From the NCBI GenBank assembly GCA_937935995.1, contig CALGXF010000011.1, forward strand, positions 246-64,245: a DNA stretch of 64,000 bases. Direction: 5' to 3'. A model generated the notes under the pieces. The model had not been told where the DNA came from, ran no database searches, and saw only the letters and a list, made by a program, of their open reading frames with translations. The DNA is from an uncultured Alphaproteobacteria bacterium (GTDB lineage: Bacteria > Pseudomonadota > Alphaproteobacteria > CAAHEQ01 > UBA3637). How positions within the stretch are numbered: position 1 is the first letter of the stretch; each line of letters begins with the position of its first letter. Of this stretch, positions 20,638-32,030 are shown piece after piece. A program made the position numbers and the translations under genes.

Positions 20638-21086
20638 TTACGTTTTATCGATAAAATCAGGTTCTTGCACATGAAGAGCGCCGTTTAAAAGCAACTTTAA
20701 GTATTCTATTTTATGCAAAACTTCTTTTTTCCCCAATTCGGAATGAGCTGTTTCCAATTCTTTTTCGGCTTCTTGCAAATCATGAGTCGCTTTTTGCGGA
20801 TTAATTTTATTCAAATCAACTCCCCACGCCAAAACGGAACAAATATTCCGCCGAACTTCGGCAATGCCGCGAGAGACAAAGTAACAAACGGGCTTTTCAC
20901 CTTTATTGTAAATCCACAACGCTCCCGGAACAATAAAGAAAAAAGACGGCGCTCGGTTTTTTAAAATCATCACATCCCCGCCCAAAGCCGGCAATAAAAC
21001 CTTATCCGCCACCGTATCCACCAATGACTGCGTCGGGCAGATTAAATGGAAATTCATTTTGCCTTGAACTTTCAGATTTTCAGGCA

Positions 21087-21087
<1 letters not shown>
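20638..21087 (-). CDS. atpC: F1 ATP synthase epsilon subunit
   Basis: 149 aa. Beta-sandwich N domain plus a helical hairpin. Immediately downstream of atpD with overlapping stop and start. Confidence 0.8.
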
Positions 21088-23606
<2,519 letters not shown>

Positions 23607-23610
<4 letters not shown>

Positions 23611-25430
23611 TTTTGATTTTTCTTTTCAACAAACGTTTGAACAAATTCTTTTAAAACAGAATCGAGCCGTTTCTCCAACCGTTCATCCAAAGCCGTCGCT
23701 TTCCCGATTTCATTGATTAAATCCGGCTCATCCAATTGAAGGTGCTCTAACAATTCTTCTTCAAATTTTAAAATATCCGCAGGCGCCAATAATTCCAAAT
23801 ATCCTTTAACGGCCGCATAAATCGATATAAATTCCTGTTCAAACGACAAAGGATGATGCAGCTTTTGTTTCATCATTTCCGTGATTCGAACCCCTTTTTT
23901 CAACATGTTTTGGCTGGAAACGTCCAAATCTGAAGCAATTTGCGCAAATGATAACATTTCTCGGTATTGAGCCAAATCCAATTTTAAAGAAGAGGCAATC
24001 TTCGCCAACAAAGGCCGTTGCGCTTTCGACCCCACCCGGCTGACCGATAAACCGACATTTACGGCCGGGCGCACACCCTCGTGGAATAAGCTGCTTTCCA
24101 AAAAAATCTGACCGTCCGTAATGGAAATCACATTGGTCGGAATATAGGCCGACACATCGCCTTCTTGCGTTTCAACGACCGGAATAGCCGTCAACGAACC
24201 ACCGCCTTTGTCATCACTCATCATCGCAGCCCGCTCCAACAACCGGGAATGCAGATAAAAAATATCTCCCGGATAAGCTTCTCGACCGGGCGGACGACGC
24301 AACAATAAAGAAATTTGACGATACGCATTCGCATGTTTTGATAAATCATCATAAAAAACAACGGCATTCATTTTATGATCCCGGAAATATTCCCCGATGG
24401 TACACCCCGTAAACGGTGCCAAATATTGCAAAGACGCCGAATCGGATGCTGATGCCGAAACAACCGTTGTATAATCCATTGCACCGAAATTTTGCAAAGT
24501 CCGAACAACATCCGCCACCGTTGAAAGCTTTTGACCGATGGCCACATAAATACAATAAAGCTTCTCTTCCGGTTTGCTGGCCAACGCATTTTGTTCCTTT
24601 TGGGCAATAATCGAATCAATAATCAAAGACGTTTTACCCGTTTGACGATCGCCCACAATCAATTCACGTTGCCCCAATCCAATCGGCACCAGAGCATCCA
24701 CAACTTTTATTCCCGTTTGAAACGGTTTTTGAACAGATTGTCTGTCCACAATACCGGGAGACGGCGTCTCCAACGGCATAAACAATTCCGTATTTAAATC
24801 GCCCTCACCGTCAATCGGATGTCCTAACGCATCCACAACCCGGCCGACCAGCGCTTTTCCAACCGGTACCGTTACGACGTTTCCCGTTTGAACGGCTAAA
24901 TCGCCTTCTTCCAAACGGCTGTCATCCCCCAACACAACAACATCCGAAAATTCTGGATTCAGATTAAAGACAATCCCTTGAAGCCCTTCCGGAAAATCAA
25001 TCAGTTCTCCGGCACGCGTCGCACGCATCCCGGCAACCCGGGCAATTCCGTCTTTAACCGAAACAACGCGCCCGACCTGTTCAACACGGGGTTGCATTTT
25101 TTCATCTTGTAATAATCGTTTCAGCAAATCTTCAAATGCTTCCTTTGATAAATTCGCCAAAGACACATCTTGCAACGCTTTTTGCAGTAAACTTAATTTC
25201 CGCTTCACGGAAACGTCAATCAGCGAAGATCCGATTTGCAGTTGAAAACCGCTCAATAAATGCGTATCAATCTTGATATTCAGATGAACCGTCTTGATTT
25301 TCAGCTTTTCACCGATGAGCCGAATCAAGCGTTTTTTTTGCTCTTCCGACAACGGATAAGCCGCCGTTACATCGACGGTTAATTCTTCAAATACAAAGTC
25401 TGTTTTCTTTTTCACAGGCATTTTCAACAC
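23607..25430 (-). CDS. atpA: F1 ATP synthase alpha subunit preceded in frame by a delta (OSCP) C-terminal domain remnant
   Basis: Residues ~110-607 are canonical alpha (GDRQTGKT P-loop). The first ~100 aa match the delta subunit C-terminal domain, written here with E. coli AtpH residues in parentheses after the corresponding residues of this ORF: VDVT(S)AYPLSE(Q)... KID(KS)... IDV(GS)SVKR(GR)L. A TAA lies 3 codons upstream of the GTG start, and the SixA-like gene takes up the space where the delta N-domain should be. Confidence 0.85.
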
Positions 25431-25501
25431 CCCTTTTTATTCATCTTTTGTTTTAACACGAACCATTTCGAGGTGCAAGACCAAACACTTAAAAAAACAG
25501 A

Positions 25502-26011
25502 TTAAGGCGAAAAAATTTCATCCAAAACCGCCTGTTTATAATTAAAGCCGACCCACCGCGTATCGTCTTTTAACCGCAGGCGGATTAACGTGCAAGGTGT
25601 CACATGCAGTGATTGAGGCAGCAAATTGCTTTCTTTTTTCAACAACAGATAAACCAAATTCGTTAAAGACGTTTCATGGCCTAAAATTAAAATATGGCAG
25701 ATTGAATCATCCACCAAATTTAAAAGCTCCAACAAAGAATATTCAGACGCCAAGTACAAATAATCATGATAAACAATACGTGCATTCGGAAAATAAGGCT
25801 TTAAATAAGCACACGTCTGTCTGGCTCTTTTTGCTTTGGAACAAAAAATGACTTCCGGAGCAATCGGATGCTTTTTCAAATGATCACACAAAACGATCAA
25901 ACGCTTCTTTCCCCGCTCTGACAAAGGACGCTCAAAATCCATCAGCGATGTTTGAAGGCGCCGGCCGCCGGCATGACGCAACAAGTATAATACTTTTTCC
26001 TGCTTGGCCAC
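25502..26011 (-). CDS. Histidine phosphatase superfamily protein (SixA-like phosphohistidine phosphatase)
   Basis: 169 aa. LYLLRHA... PLSERGKK... LILGHETSL pattern of branch-1 histidine phosphatases. Confidence 0.55.
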   Translation of the reverse strand: MAKQEKVLYLLRHAGGRRLQTSLMDFERPLSERGKKRLIVLCDHLKKHPIAPEVIFCSKAKRARQTCAYLKPYFPNARIVYHDYLYLASEYSLLELLNLVDDSICHILILGHETSLTNLVYLLLKKESNLLPQSLHVTPCTLIRLRLKDDTRWVGFNYKQAVLDEIFSP

Positions 26012-26066
26012 GTATAATCCCCTTTATTTTCAAGAGATTACAACCTATAGTTGCAGATTGCAAGCA

Positions 26067-26534
26067 TTATTTACGTTTTTCTAAAACATTTTTTTCAATT
26101 TCTTTCATTCGAGCCCGCGCTTCGGACTGAATAAAAGATAACGATTCTTCTTTTGGTAAAAACGGTTGCATGTCCGGAGAAAAGTCCGTTGTTTCCAGCC
26201 AAGCATCTTCTTTGGGTGATGCCAGCGGCGCAGGGCCGGCACTTTGAACCGGTCTGTATGTGACAACAGGTTGTTGAGGCGGTGGAGCCGACCGCTGATA
26301 ACGTCCTTTTCCCGTTCCCGACGAAGATGTTTGTTTAGAGCCCACAACAATCGAATCGTCTTGTTGATATTGTTCAACCCGTGAACACATGTAAAAAAGC
26401 CCGGCGGCAATTCCGACAATCAACAAAATTTTAACGAGATACCGATTAAAAATAAATAAAAAAGCCCCCAGATTGTTTACAATCTTATGCACAAACCAAA
26501 TCGGTGTCTTACGGCGTTTGACTTTAGGACGCAT
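26067..26534 (-). CDS. Hypothetical membrane-anchored protein with Pro/Gln-rich region
   Basis: 155 aa with one TM segment and low complexity. I assign no family. Confidence 0.4.
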   Translation of the reverse strand: MRPKVKRRKTPIWFVHKIVNNLGAFLFIFNRYLVKILLIVGIAAGLFYMCSRVEQYQQDDSIVVGSKQTSSSGTGKGRYQRSAPPPQQPVVTYRPVQSAGPAPLASPKEDAWLETTDFSPDMQPFLPKEESLSFIQSEARARMKEIEKNVLEKRK

Positions 26535-26546
26535 CAGCTTTCTCGA

Positions 26547-26819
26547 TTATTGAGCATTGGCAAACGGATCGACAGGTTCCGTTTTATTATAAACATCCTG
26601 CGCTTCTTTGAACCGTGCATCGCCGGCATTTTTCAACTTCTCGGTTGAATTCATAAAATCAGAAAAGCCCGTGCTGACTCCTTTTCCGAAAGCCACGATT
26701 TTATCTTTCACGACAATCGGGAATTGTTTCGGCGGAATATCCCACACAAACCACGCAATCGCCAAAATAATACCGATAGCAATTATCCATTTAACCAATC
26801 CGACAAAGAAATCTTTCAT
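26547..26819 (-). CDS. Small bitopic membrane protein (possibly TatA/TatB-like)
   Basis: About 90 aa from MKDFFVGLVKWIIAIGIILAIAWFV. A single N-terminal TM helix is followed by an FGKG hinge-like motif and an amphipathic, charged tail. The likeness to Tat components is only loose. Confidence 0.35.
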   Translation of the reverse strand: MKDFFVGLVKWIIAIGIILAIAWFVWDIPPKQFPIVVKDKIVAFGKGVSTGFSDFMNSTEKLKNAGDARFKEAQDVYNKTEPVDPFANAQ

Positions 26820-26921
26820 CCTTTTTTCCTTTCGTTTGATAAGACTTATTTTCAACCTTGATGATAACCATAGCGTATTTTATTTCATTTGTCATTCGTT
26901 TTTAAAAAGAAAAAACTTTTT

Positions 26922-26950
26922 TTGTAAAAAAGGGAAAAATCGGGTATACT
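26922..26950 (+). promoter_or_regulatory. Candidate sigma70 promoter upstream of the ycgN-like gene
   Basis: TTGTAA, a 17-nt spacer, then TATACT. It ends about 20 nt before the ATG at 26970, inside an AT-rich divergent intergenic region. Confidence 0.45.
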
Positions 26951-26969
26951 GGCGACAAAGGATACAAAG

Positions 26970-27413
26970 ATGAAACAAGAAAAACAAACCCCTTTTTGGG
27001 AAAATAAAAAGTTGGAAGAATTATCTCCTGATGAATGGGAAGCCGTGTGCGCCCGTTGCGGAAAATGCTGTTTAATGAAAATCAAATGTTTCCGCGTTCA
27101 TTTTACAAATGTTGCTTGTCGCTATCTTAATCTTGAAACGGGGGCATGTCCCATTTACGAACAACGTCGGCAAATTGTGCCGGAATGTATGAAGTTGACA
27201 CCAGACAATTATAAAAAATTGTCAAAAGCACTGCCCAAAACATGTGCTTACCGTTGGCTGAAAGAAAAAAAGGGATTGCCACCGTGGCATCCTTTGATTT
27301 CCGGTTCGACTGAAACCATTCATGACATGGGGATTTCCGTCAAAAACCGAGCGATTTCGGAAAGCCCCGAAATTGAATTAGAGGAACACATCGTATCATG
27401 GGACGATCTTTAA
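26970..27413 (+). CDS. YcgN/UPF0260 family Cys-cluster protein
   Basis: 147 aa. N-terminal FWENKKLEELSPDEWEAVCARCGKCC matches the YcgN-family signature. Confidence 0.6.
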   Translation: MKQEKQTPFWENKKLEELSPDEWEAVCARCGKCCLMKIKCFRVHFTNVACRYLNLETGACPIYEQRRQIVPECMKLTPDNYKKLSKALPKTCAYRWLKEKKGLPPWHPLISGSTETIHDMGISVKNRAISESPEIELEEHIVSWDDL

Positions 27414-28081
27414 TCATTGACGGCATTGAAATAACGGTCATCCGGCAATTCAACGCAAAATCCATGCGCTTAAAAATCGACCGGAAAACAGCTTTGCCCG
27501 TCATGACAATTCCCTATTTTTGCCCGCTTTTTACAGCCGAACGATTTGTACGCTCTCATTTCGTCTGGTTGACCAAGCAATTGGAATTAACACCGCCCAA
27601 AACATCCTTTCAAGACGGCATGACAATATCCGTTTTAGGCCAAGAAGTAACCATCTGCCATGCTCCGCAAAAACGATGCGGCGCTCGGATTGAAAACGGC
27701 GTTCTCTATGTTTCCGGCGATGCCGCCCATTTACACCGACGCGTGACGGATTTTATCAAAGAACAAGTTCGACATTATGCCGGTCAAAAAGCTTTGGAAT
27801 TTGCCGCTTTATCCGGTGTTCATGTTAAAGCTGTCGCCGTTCGCGATACGGTTTCCAGATGGGGCAGTTGCTCGGCGAACGGTCATTTATCTTTTTGTTG
27901 GCGGTTGGGATTAGCACCGTTGTTTGTCTTGGATTATGTTATTGCACACGAAGTATCTCACTTAAAAGAAATGAACCATTCGCGTCCATTTTGGAAAGCC
28001 GTTACAACGCTTTATCCTGACACGGAGAAAGCCAAAAAATGGCTCACGCATAACGGCAAGGATCTGCATCGGTTTAATTAA
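27398..28081 (+). CDS. YgjP-like metal-dependent hydrolase (DUF45/M48-like, HExxH)
   Basis: 227 aa. WGSCS... HEVSHLKEMNHS zinc-binding motif characteristic of the YgjP/DUF45 family. Confidence 0.65.
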   Translation: MGRSLIIDGIEITVIRQFNAKSMRLKIDRKTALPVMTIPYFCPLFTAERFVRSHFVWLTKQLELTPPKTSFQDGMTISVLGQEVTICHAPQKRCGARIENGVLYVSGDAAHLHRRVTDFIKEQVRHYAGQKALEFAALSGVHVKAVAVRDTVSRWGSCSANGHLSFCWRLGLAPLFVLDYVIAHEVSHLKEMNHSRPFWKAVTTLYPDTEKAKKWLTHNGKDLHRFN

Positions 28082-28170
28082 GTTGATTTTTCATTAAATT
28101 TTTATTGAACCGCTCCACAAAATAGCTTAAACTAAACCCTAACGAGAAAAACAAACACAAGGGTTAAAAA

Positions 28171-28956
28171 ATGTTCTTTTGGCTTGGATTACTGACTTTT
28201 ATTGCCAGCCTTCTTTATTTCAGTTTCTTTCCCAGAAACGACGGTTTGCGCTTGATTGACAAACCGCAAGCCGATGCATTGGTTGCACCGTTTGTGGCTC
28301 AACATATGGCGGCCCTTAAAGCGGTTAAGCACAAAAATGAAAATGATGTCCCCGATTATATAAGTGAAATGTTGAACACCAGCATTAATCTTTTCAATCA
28401 AAAAAGTGCCAATATCGGTGTCGTTTCAAGCCCGGCCATTCGTTCTTACCTGCCGCAAGGAACAGTTTTGAATGACTTTTCGGACAACTTAAGCGGATCC
28501 GGTTTTGCCAGCATTGTTTTATGTATCAATAACACCACCGGTGAATTATCGGCCTCGTGCGGCCTGACGGATGAAAATGCCGCCTACACCACATCGGATT
28601 TTTTAATCACTTACGGGGCTATTCCGACTTATTGGGGAGACTATTTCACGGCTTTGTCTCCGCGGGCGCTCGGAGAACGGTTGTTCTTAACGGACTACAC
28701 CCAACAATATCATTTGCCGGCAACATGCGGCGTTTTATCTTGCACCGCACCGACCGCGCCGGCCGGAACAGACTATCAACCCGGTTCTAATTGCGTTGTC
28801 GATACAACGCGTTACCGTGTTGTTTATCTGCCGAATGCCTTTATGGATAAAGTGCCGCTTCCGGCTGACCGAGACGTTTTGGTCTGTATTTCCCGTCTGT
28901 CCACGGCTTATTCATTTAAAACAAATCCCCCGCAAATCATCTATCCACAATTGTAA
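28171..28956 (+). CDS. Hypothetical membrane-anchored Cys-containing protein, co-transcribed with the 570-aa pilin-like gene
   Basis: 261 aa. N-terminal TM segment (FFWLGLLTFIASLLYFSFF). The stop lies 12 nt before the next gene. Confidence 0.4.
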   Translation: MFFWLGLLTFIASLLYFSFFPRNDGLRLIDKPQADALVAPFVAQHMAALKAVKHKNENDVPDYISEMLNTSINLFNQKSANIGVVSSPAIRSYLPQGTVLNDFSDNLSGSGFASIVLCINNTTGELSASCGLTDENAAYTTSDFLITYGAIPTYWGDYFTALSPRALGERLFLTDYTQQYHLPATCGVLSCTAPTAPAGTDYQPGSNCVVDTTRYRVVYLPNAFMDKVPLPADRDVLVCISRLSTAYSFKTNPPQIIYPQL

Positions 28957-28968
28957 AAGAGGTACAAA

Positions 28969-30681
28969 ATGAGACACACACTCACACAAAAACAAGAACA
29001 AGGCTCTTTAATGGTAGAAGTCTTGGCTGTACTCGGGCTGATTGCCCTGATTACGCCTTTGTTGTACCAGCAAATCAATCGGCGGAACGAGGAAATTTCA
29101 AACGCCAATATCGCGACGGAAGTTCGTACGATTAAGGATGGTGTGACGGCCTATATTCAATCTTATGAACAACGATTGGCGGCGCAAGATTGTAACTTAA
29201 TGTTAAACGGCGAATATAAAAACGTCACCACCATTCAACAATGTACATCGGCGGAAGGTTCATACAGCGATGAATTGCAAGGAACGGGTTTCTATCCGGG
29301 TATTGATGAAATTTTGGATGATTATGACATTAATTTGTTTGCTTACACATTACCTGCCGGTTATCAAAAATTTGATGAAAACGAAGATGCCCGGGTTCAG
29401 GTATATCGCCCTGTCATTTACGGCGTAATTACCGAAAAAGCCGTGGATGAAAACCGGCCGTTAAGACGGTCTGCCAAAATTGCTTCCTTAATCGGATTGG
29501 ACGGCGGCGTTGTTATGGGAAACGTCATCAACGGGATGGATGGGACTTGGATTGTCGAAAACACAATGGATGCTCCGGAACGCGGCATTGCGGCGATTAC
29601 GGCTTATGATGCGGCCACCAATTCCGCCCTTTTAACGGATGTTAAGATTGAACACTTTCGCGGGGATACGTTACAAGCCAACATCGGTGTGACGGATCGG
29701 TTGCACGCACCGACATTCTTTTCGGTTGGTGACATGACTTATAACTGTGTTGAAAACTACGGAAATGATACGCTGGATATTCGCAAGTCCGGCGATACCA
29801 TCACCGGAGAAGACGGCAGCAGTGTTGTGTGTGCGCCGTTATTTGAAGTAGATGCCGAAACCGGAAAAATCAAAATGAAAGAAGGAAATATCGAAACAGA
29901 TTTGGTTGCTTTTTCGTCTTCTTCCAGCTCTGATGATAACACGAAAGCGGCATTAACGCCCAACAGCGGCATCAATATAAGCGATTTATCGGAAGACGGA
30001 GAATATGCCGTTTACCAAATTGATCCGGCGTATACATCCGTGATGAACGACATTAAATTGACGTCACGCGGCGGAGCGCGGCTCAGCGACATTTTACCGA
30101 CTTATATTAACAAAGGCATCACACCGATTTCCGGAAGCGGTTCGGTTGCTTACCCCAGCTGTCCGGTCGGTTATGCGCCCGCCATTGCCGTTATTCCGAC
30201 ACAGATTGATTTGTCAAAAGCTCGGCTCAACACGGATAATTTTCACACGCCGGTATCCAGTTCGAATTTAAGCGTGTCGACCAGTACATCTGTCGCCGGG
30301 AATACTGTTCCTTTAACGAAAACGACAGCAACTGTCAGCGGCACTTCTGTTTTAACGGACGTCACGACATCCAGCCACGGACACTCTGCGACATCAACAT
30401 CTACCGTTCAAAGCACGAACCTTGATTTAGAACGTAAATCAACGGCAACAAGCGATTTTTCTCAAGCCGGTCATCGCGTTCGAATCGGTACCAATGCAGA
30501 GGCAACGGAACAAGCGGCAACGAACACAACCGCAAACGTATCCGGTTCTTGGACTGTCACTTTGGAACAAGAAACCGAATCCGGATGGGAAACGTCGACA
30601 GATTCAAAAGCGCTTGTTTACACATATTGCTATTACGATTCAACGGCGTTTAATACACCGACACGTGTCAGACCCGACTAA
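28969..30681 (+). CDS. Large type IV pilin-like (pseudopilin/minor pilin-like) protein with Ser/Thr-rich C-terminal region
   Basis: 570 aa. Leader MRHTLTQKQEQG, then a predicted cleavage site, then SLMVEVLAVLGLIALITPLLYQQ, with Glu at +5 and a hydrophobic helix. The C-terminal 150 aa are rich in S and T. Confidence 0.6.
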   Translation: MRHTLTQKQEQGSLMVEVLAVLGLIALITPLLYQQINRRNEEISNANIATEVRTIKDGVTAYIQSYEQRLAAQDCNLMLNGEYKNVTTIQQCTSAEGSYSDELQGTGFYPGIDEILDDYDINLFAYTLPAGYQKFDENEDARVQVYRPVIYGVITEKAVDENRPLRRSAKIASLIGLDGGVVMGNVINGMDGTWIVENTMDAPERGIAAITAYDAATNSALLTDVKIEHFRGDTLQANIGVTDRLHAPTFFSVGDMTYNCVENYGNDTLDIRKSGDTITGEDGSSVVCAPLFEVDAETGKIKMKEGNIETDLVAFSSSSSSDDNTKAALTPNSGINISDLSEDGEYAVYQIDPAYTSVMNDIKLTSRGGARLSDILPTYINKGITPISGSGSVAYPSCPVGYAPAIAVIPTQIDLSKARLNTDNFHTPVSSSNLSVSTSTSVAGNTVPLTKTTATVSGTSVLTDVTTSSHGHSATSTSTVQSTNLDLERKSTATSDFSQAGHRVRIGTNAEATEQAATNTTANVSGSWTVTLEQETESGWETSTDSKALVYTYCYYDSTAFNTPTRVRPD

Positions 30682-30692
30682 AGAGAACAAAG

Positions 30693-31616
30693 ATGACAAA
30701 CGAAGAATTACAAAAGGCAGTTAAAATCCTGCAAGCCGGCGGTTTGGTCGCTTTTCCGACAGAAACTGTATATGGTTTGGGTGCCGTATCAACCAATGAT
30801 AAAGCTGTGGCGAGCATATATGAACTCAAAGGTCGGCCGTCTTTTAATCCGCTCATCGCGCACGTAGACGGCCCTGAAATGGCGGAAAAATATGTCGAGG
30901 TCACACCCGTTGCCCGTCAATTAATGGATGCTTTTTGGCCGGGGCCGTTAACACTTGTTTTAAAGCGCAAAGTGTCTTGCCCGGTTTCCTATTTGGCAAG
31001 CGCCGGATTGGATACATTGGCTGTTCGAATGCCGAACAATCCCATCGCGCTTCAGTTAATTACAAAAACAGGAATTCCGATTGTGGCACCCAGTGCGAAC
31101 CCGTCAGGACGAATCAGTCCGACAACGGCTGACCATGTGGCTACGTCTTTCAGAGAAAAAGCACCGATGATTTTAGACGGTGGCCCTTGTCCTGTCGGCG
31201 TTGAATCAACGGTTTTGCTGGCAACGGATAAAACACCCGTTCTGTTGCGTTACGGCGGTTTATCCGTTGATGATATTGAAGACGTGGTCGGTTCGATTAT
31301 CCGTCCGGAAAAAGACCCGACGGCTCCGCAAAGCCCCGGACAAATGAAAAGCCATTATGCACCGACAATTCCTTTGCGCATGAATGCTTTGGAAGCCGAT
31401 GCGAAAGAAGCTTTATTAGGGTTTGGGCCGGCACCGAAAGCTGTTTTAAATTTAAGTGAAAAAGAAGATTTAAAAGAAGCGGCAGCTAATCTTTTTTCCA
31501 TGATGCGACAACTGGATAACGGAAAATACACAGGCATCGCCGTCATGCCAATCCCGATGCGCGGATTAGGGTTAGCAATTAATGACCGATTAAAACGCGC
31601 CAGTTACAAAAAATAA
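30693..31616 (+). CDS. tsaC: L-threonylcarbamoyladenylate synthase (Sua5/YrdC/TsaC, long form)
   Basis: 307 aa. YrdC motif LVAFPTETVYGLGA, plus a Sua5 C-terminal domain. Confidence 0.85.
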   Translation: MTNEELQKAVKILQAGGLVAFPTETVYGLGAVSTNDKAVASIYELKGRPSFNPLIAHVDGPEMAEKYVEVTPVARQLMDAFWPGPLTLVLKRKVSCPVSYLASAGLDTLAVRMPNNPIALQLITKTGIPIVAPSANPSGRISPTTADHVATSFREKAPMILDGGPCPVGVESTVLLATDKTPVLLRYGGLSVDDIEDVVGSIIRPEKDPTAPQSPGQMKSHYAPTIPLRMNALEADAKEALLGFGPAPKAVLNLSEKEDLKEAAANLFSMMRQLDNGKYTGIAVMPIPMRGLGLAINDRLKRASYKK

Positions 31617-31618
31617 AA

Positions 31619-31640
31619 GGAGCCGTTTGGCTCCTTTTTT
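31619..31640. terminator. Bidirectional rho-independent terminator
   Basis: GGAGCC-GTTT-GGCTCC hairpin followed by T6 on the plus strand and preceded by A-rich sequence. It sits between convergent tsaC and the minus-strand pilus-operon end. Confidence 0.7.
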
Positions 31641-31648
31641 GAAGTGAA

Positions 31649-32014
31649 TCATTCACACAACGCGCGGTTCGGATTACTCCGACTGCTGTAGGTCACGAGT
31701 CCATTTGAGGGATTAACGTAAAACGCGTTATCTCTACCGCTTGCAGTTGCCGTCCAAGCAGTTTTACTAATAGAACTGGCAATCACAGGACATTTTCCGC
31801 CTCCCGTGTTTCCGTCCCAATCGGGGCAAACTTCATACATAGTCGCTAAATGACGACCATTTGCTTTACACCAATTTGATGCACTCCACCAGTTGAGTGT
31901 AATGTCACTGATACAAAATTGACCATCATCTGATAACGTCCCGCCCTCACATGCGGCATGGGCTGACGTGGCCATAAAGGCTGCTACGATGGTTGCTAAT
32001 AAAATTTTCTTCAT
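31649..32014 (-). CDS. Secreted Cys-rich lectin-like (C-type-lectin-like fold suspected) protein; stand-alone homolog of the C-terminal domain of the giant pilin at 59396-60799
   Basis: About 121 aa from MKKILLATIVAAFMATSAHA (signal peptide). It shares ...W.A..C...G..LAT..E(V/L)CPDW(D/N)G....G..CP... and a C-terminal Cys with the last ~90 aa of the second giant pilin. Confidence 0.55.
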   Translation of the reverse strand: MKKILLATIVAAFMATSAHAACEGGTLSDDGQFCISDITLNWWSASNWCKANGRHLATMYEVCPDWDGNTGGGKCPVIASSISKTAWTATASGRDNAFYVNPSNGLVTYSSRSNPNRALCE

Positions 32015-32030
32015 TTTCTTTTCCTTTCTT

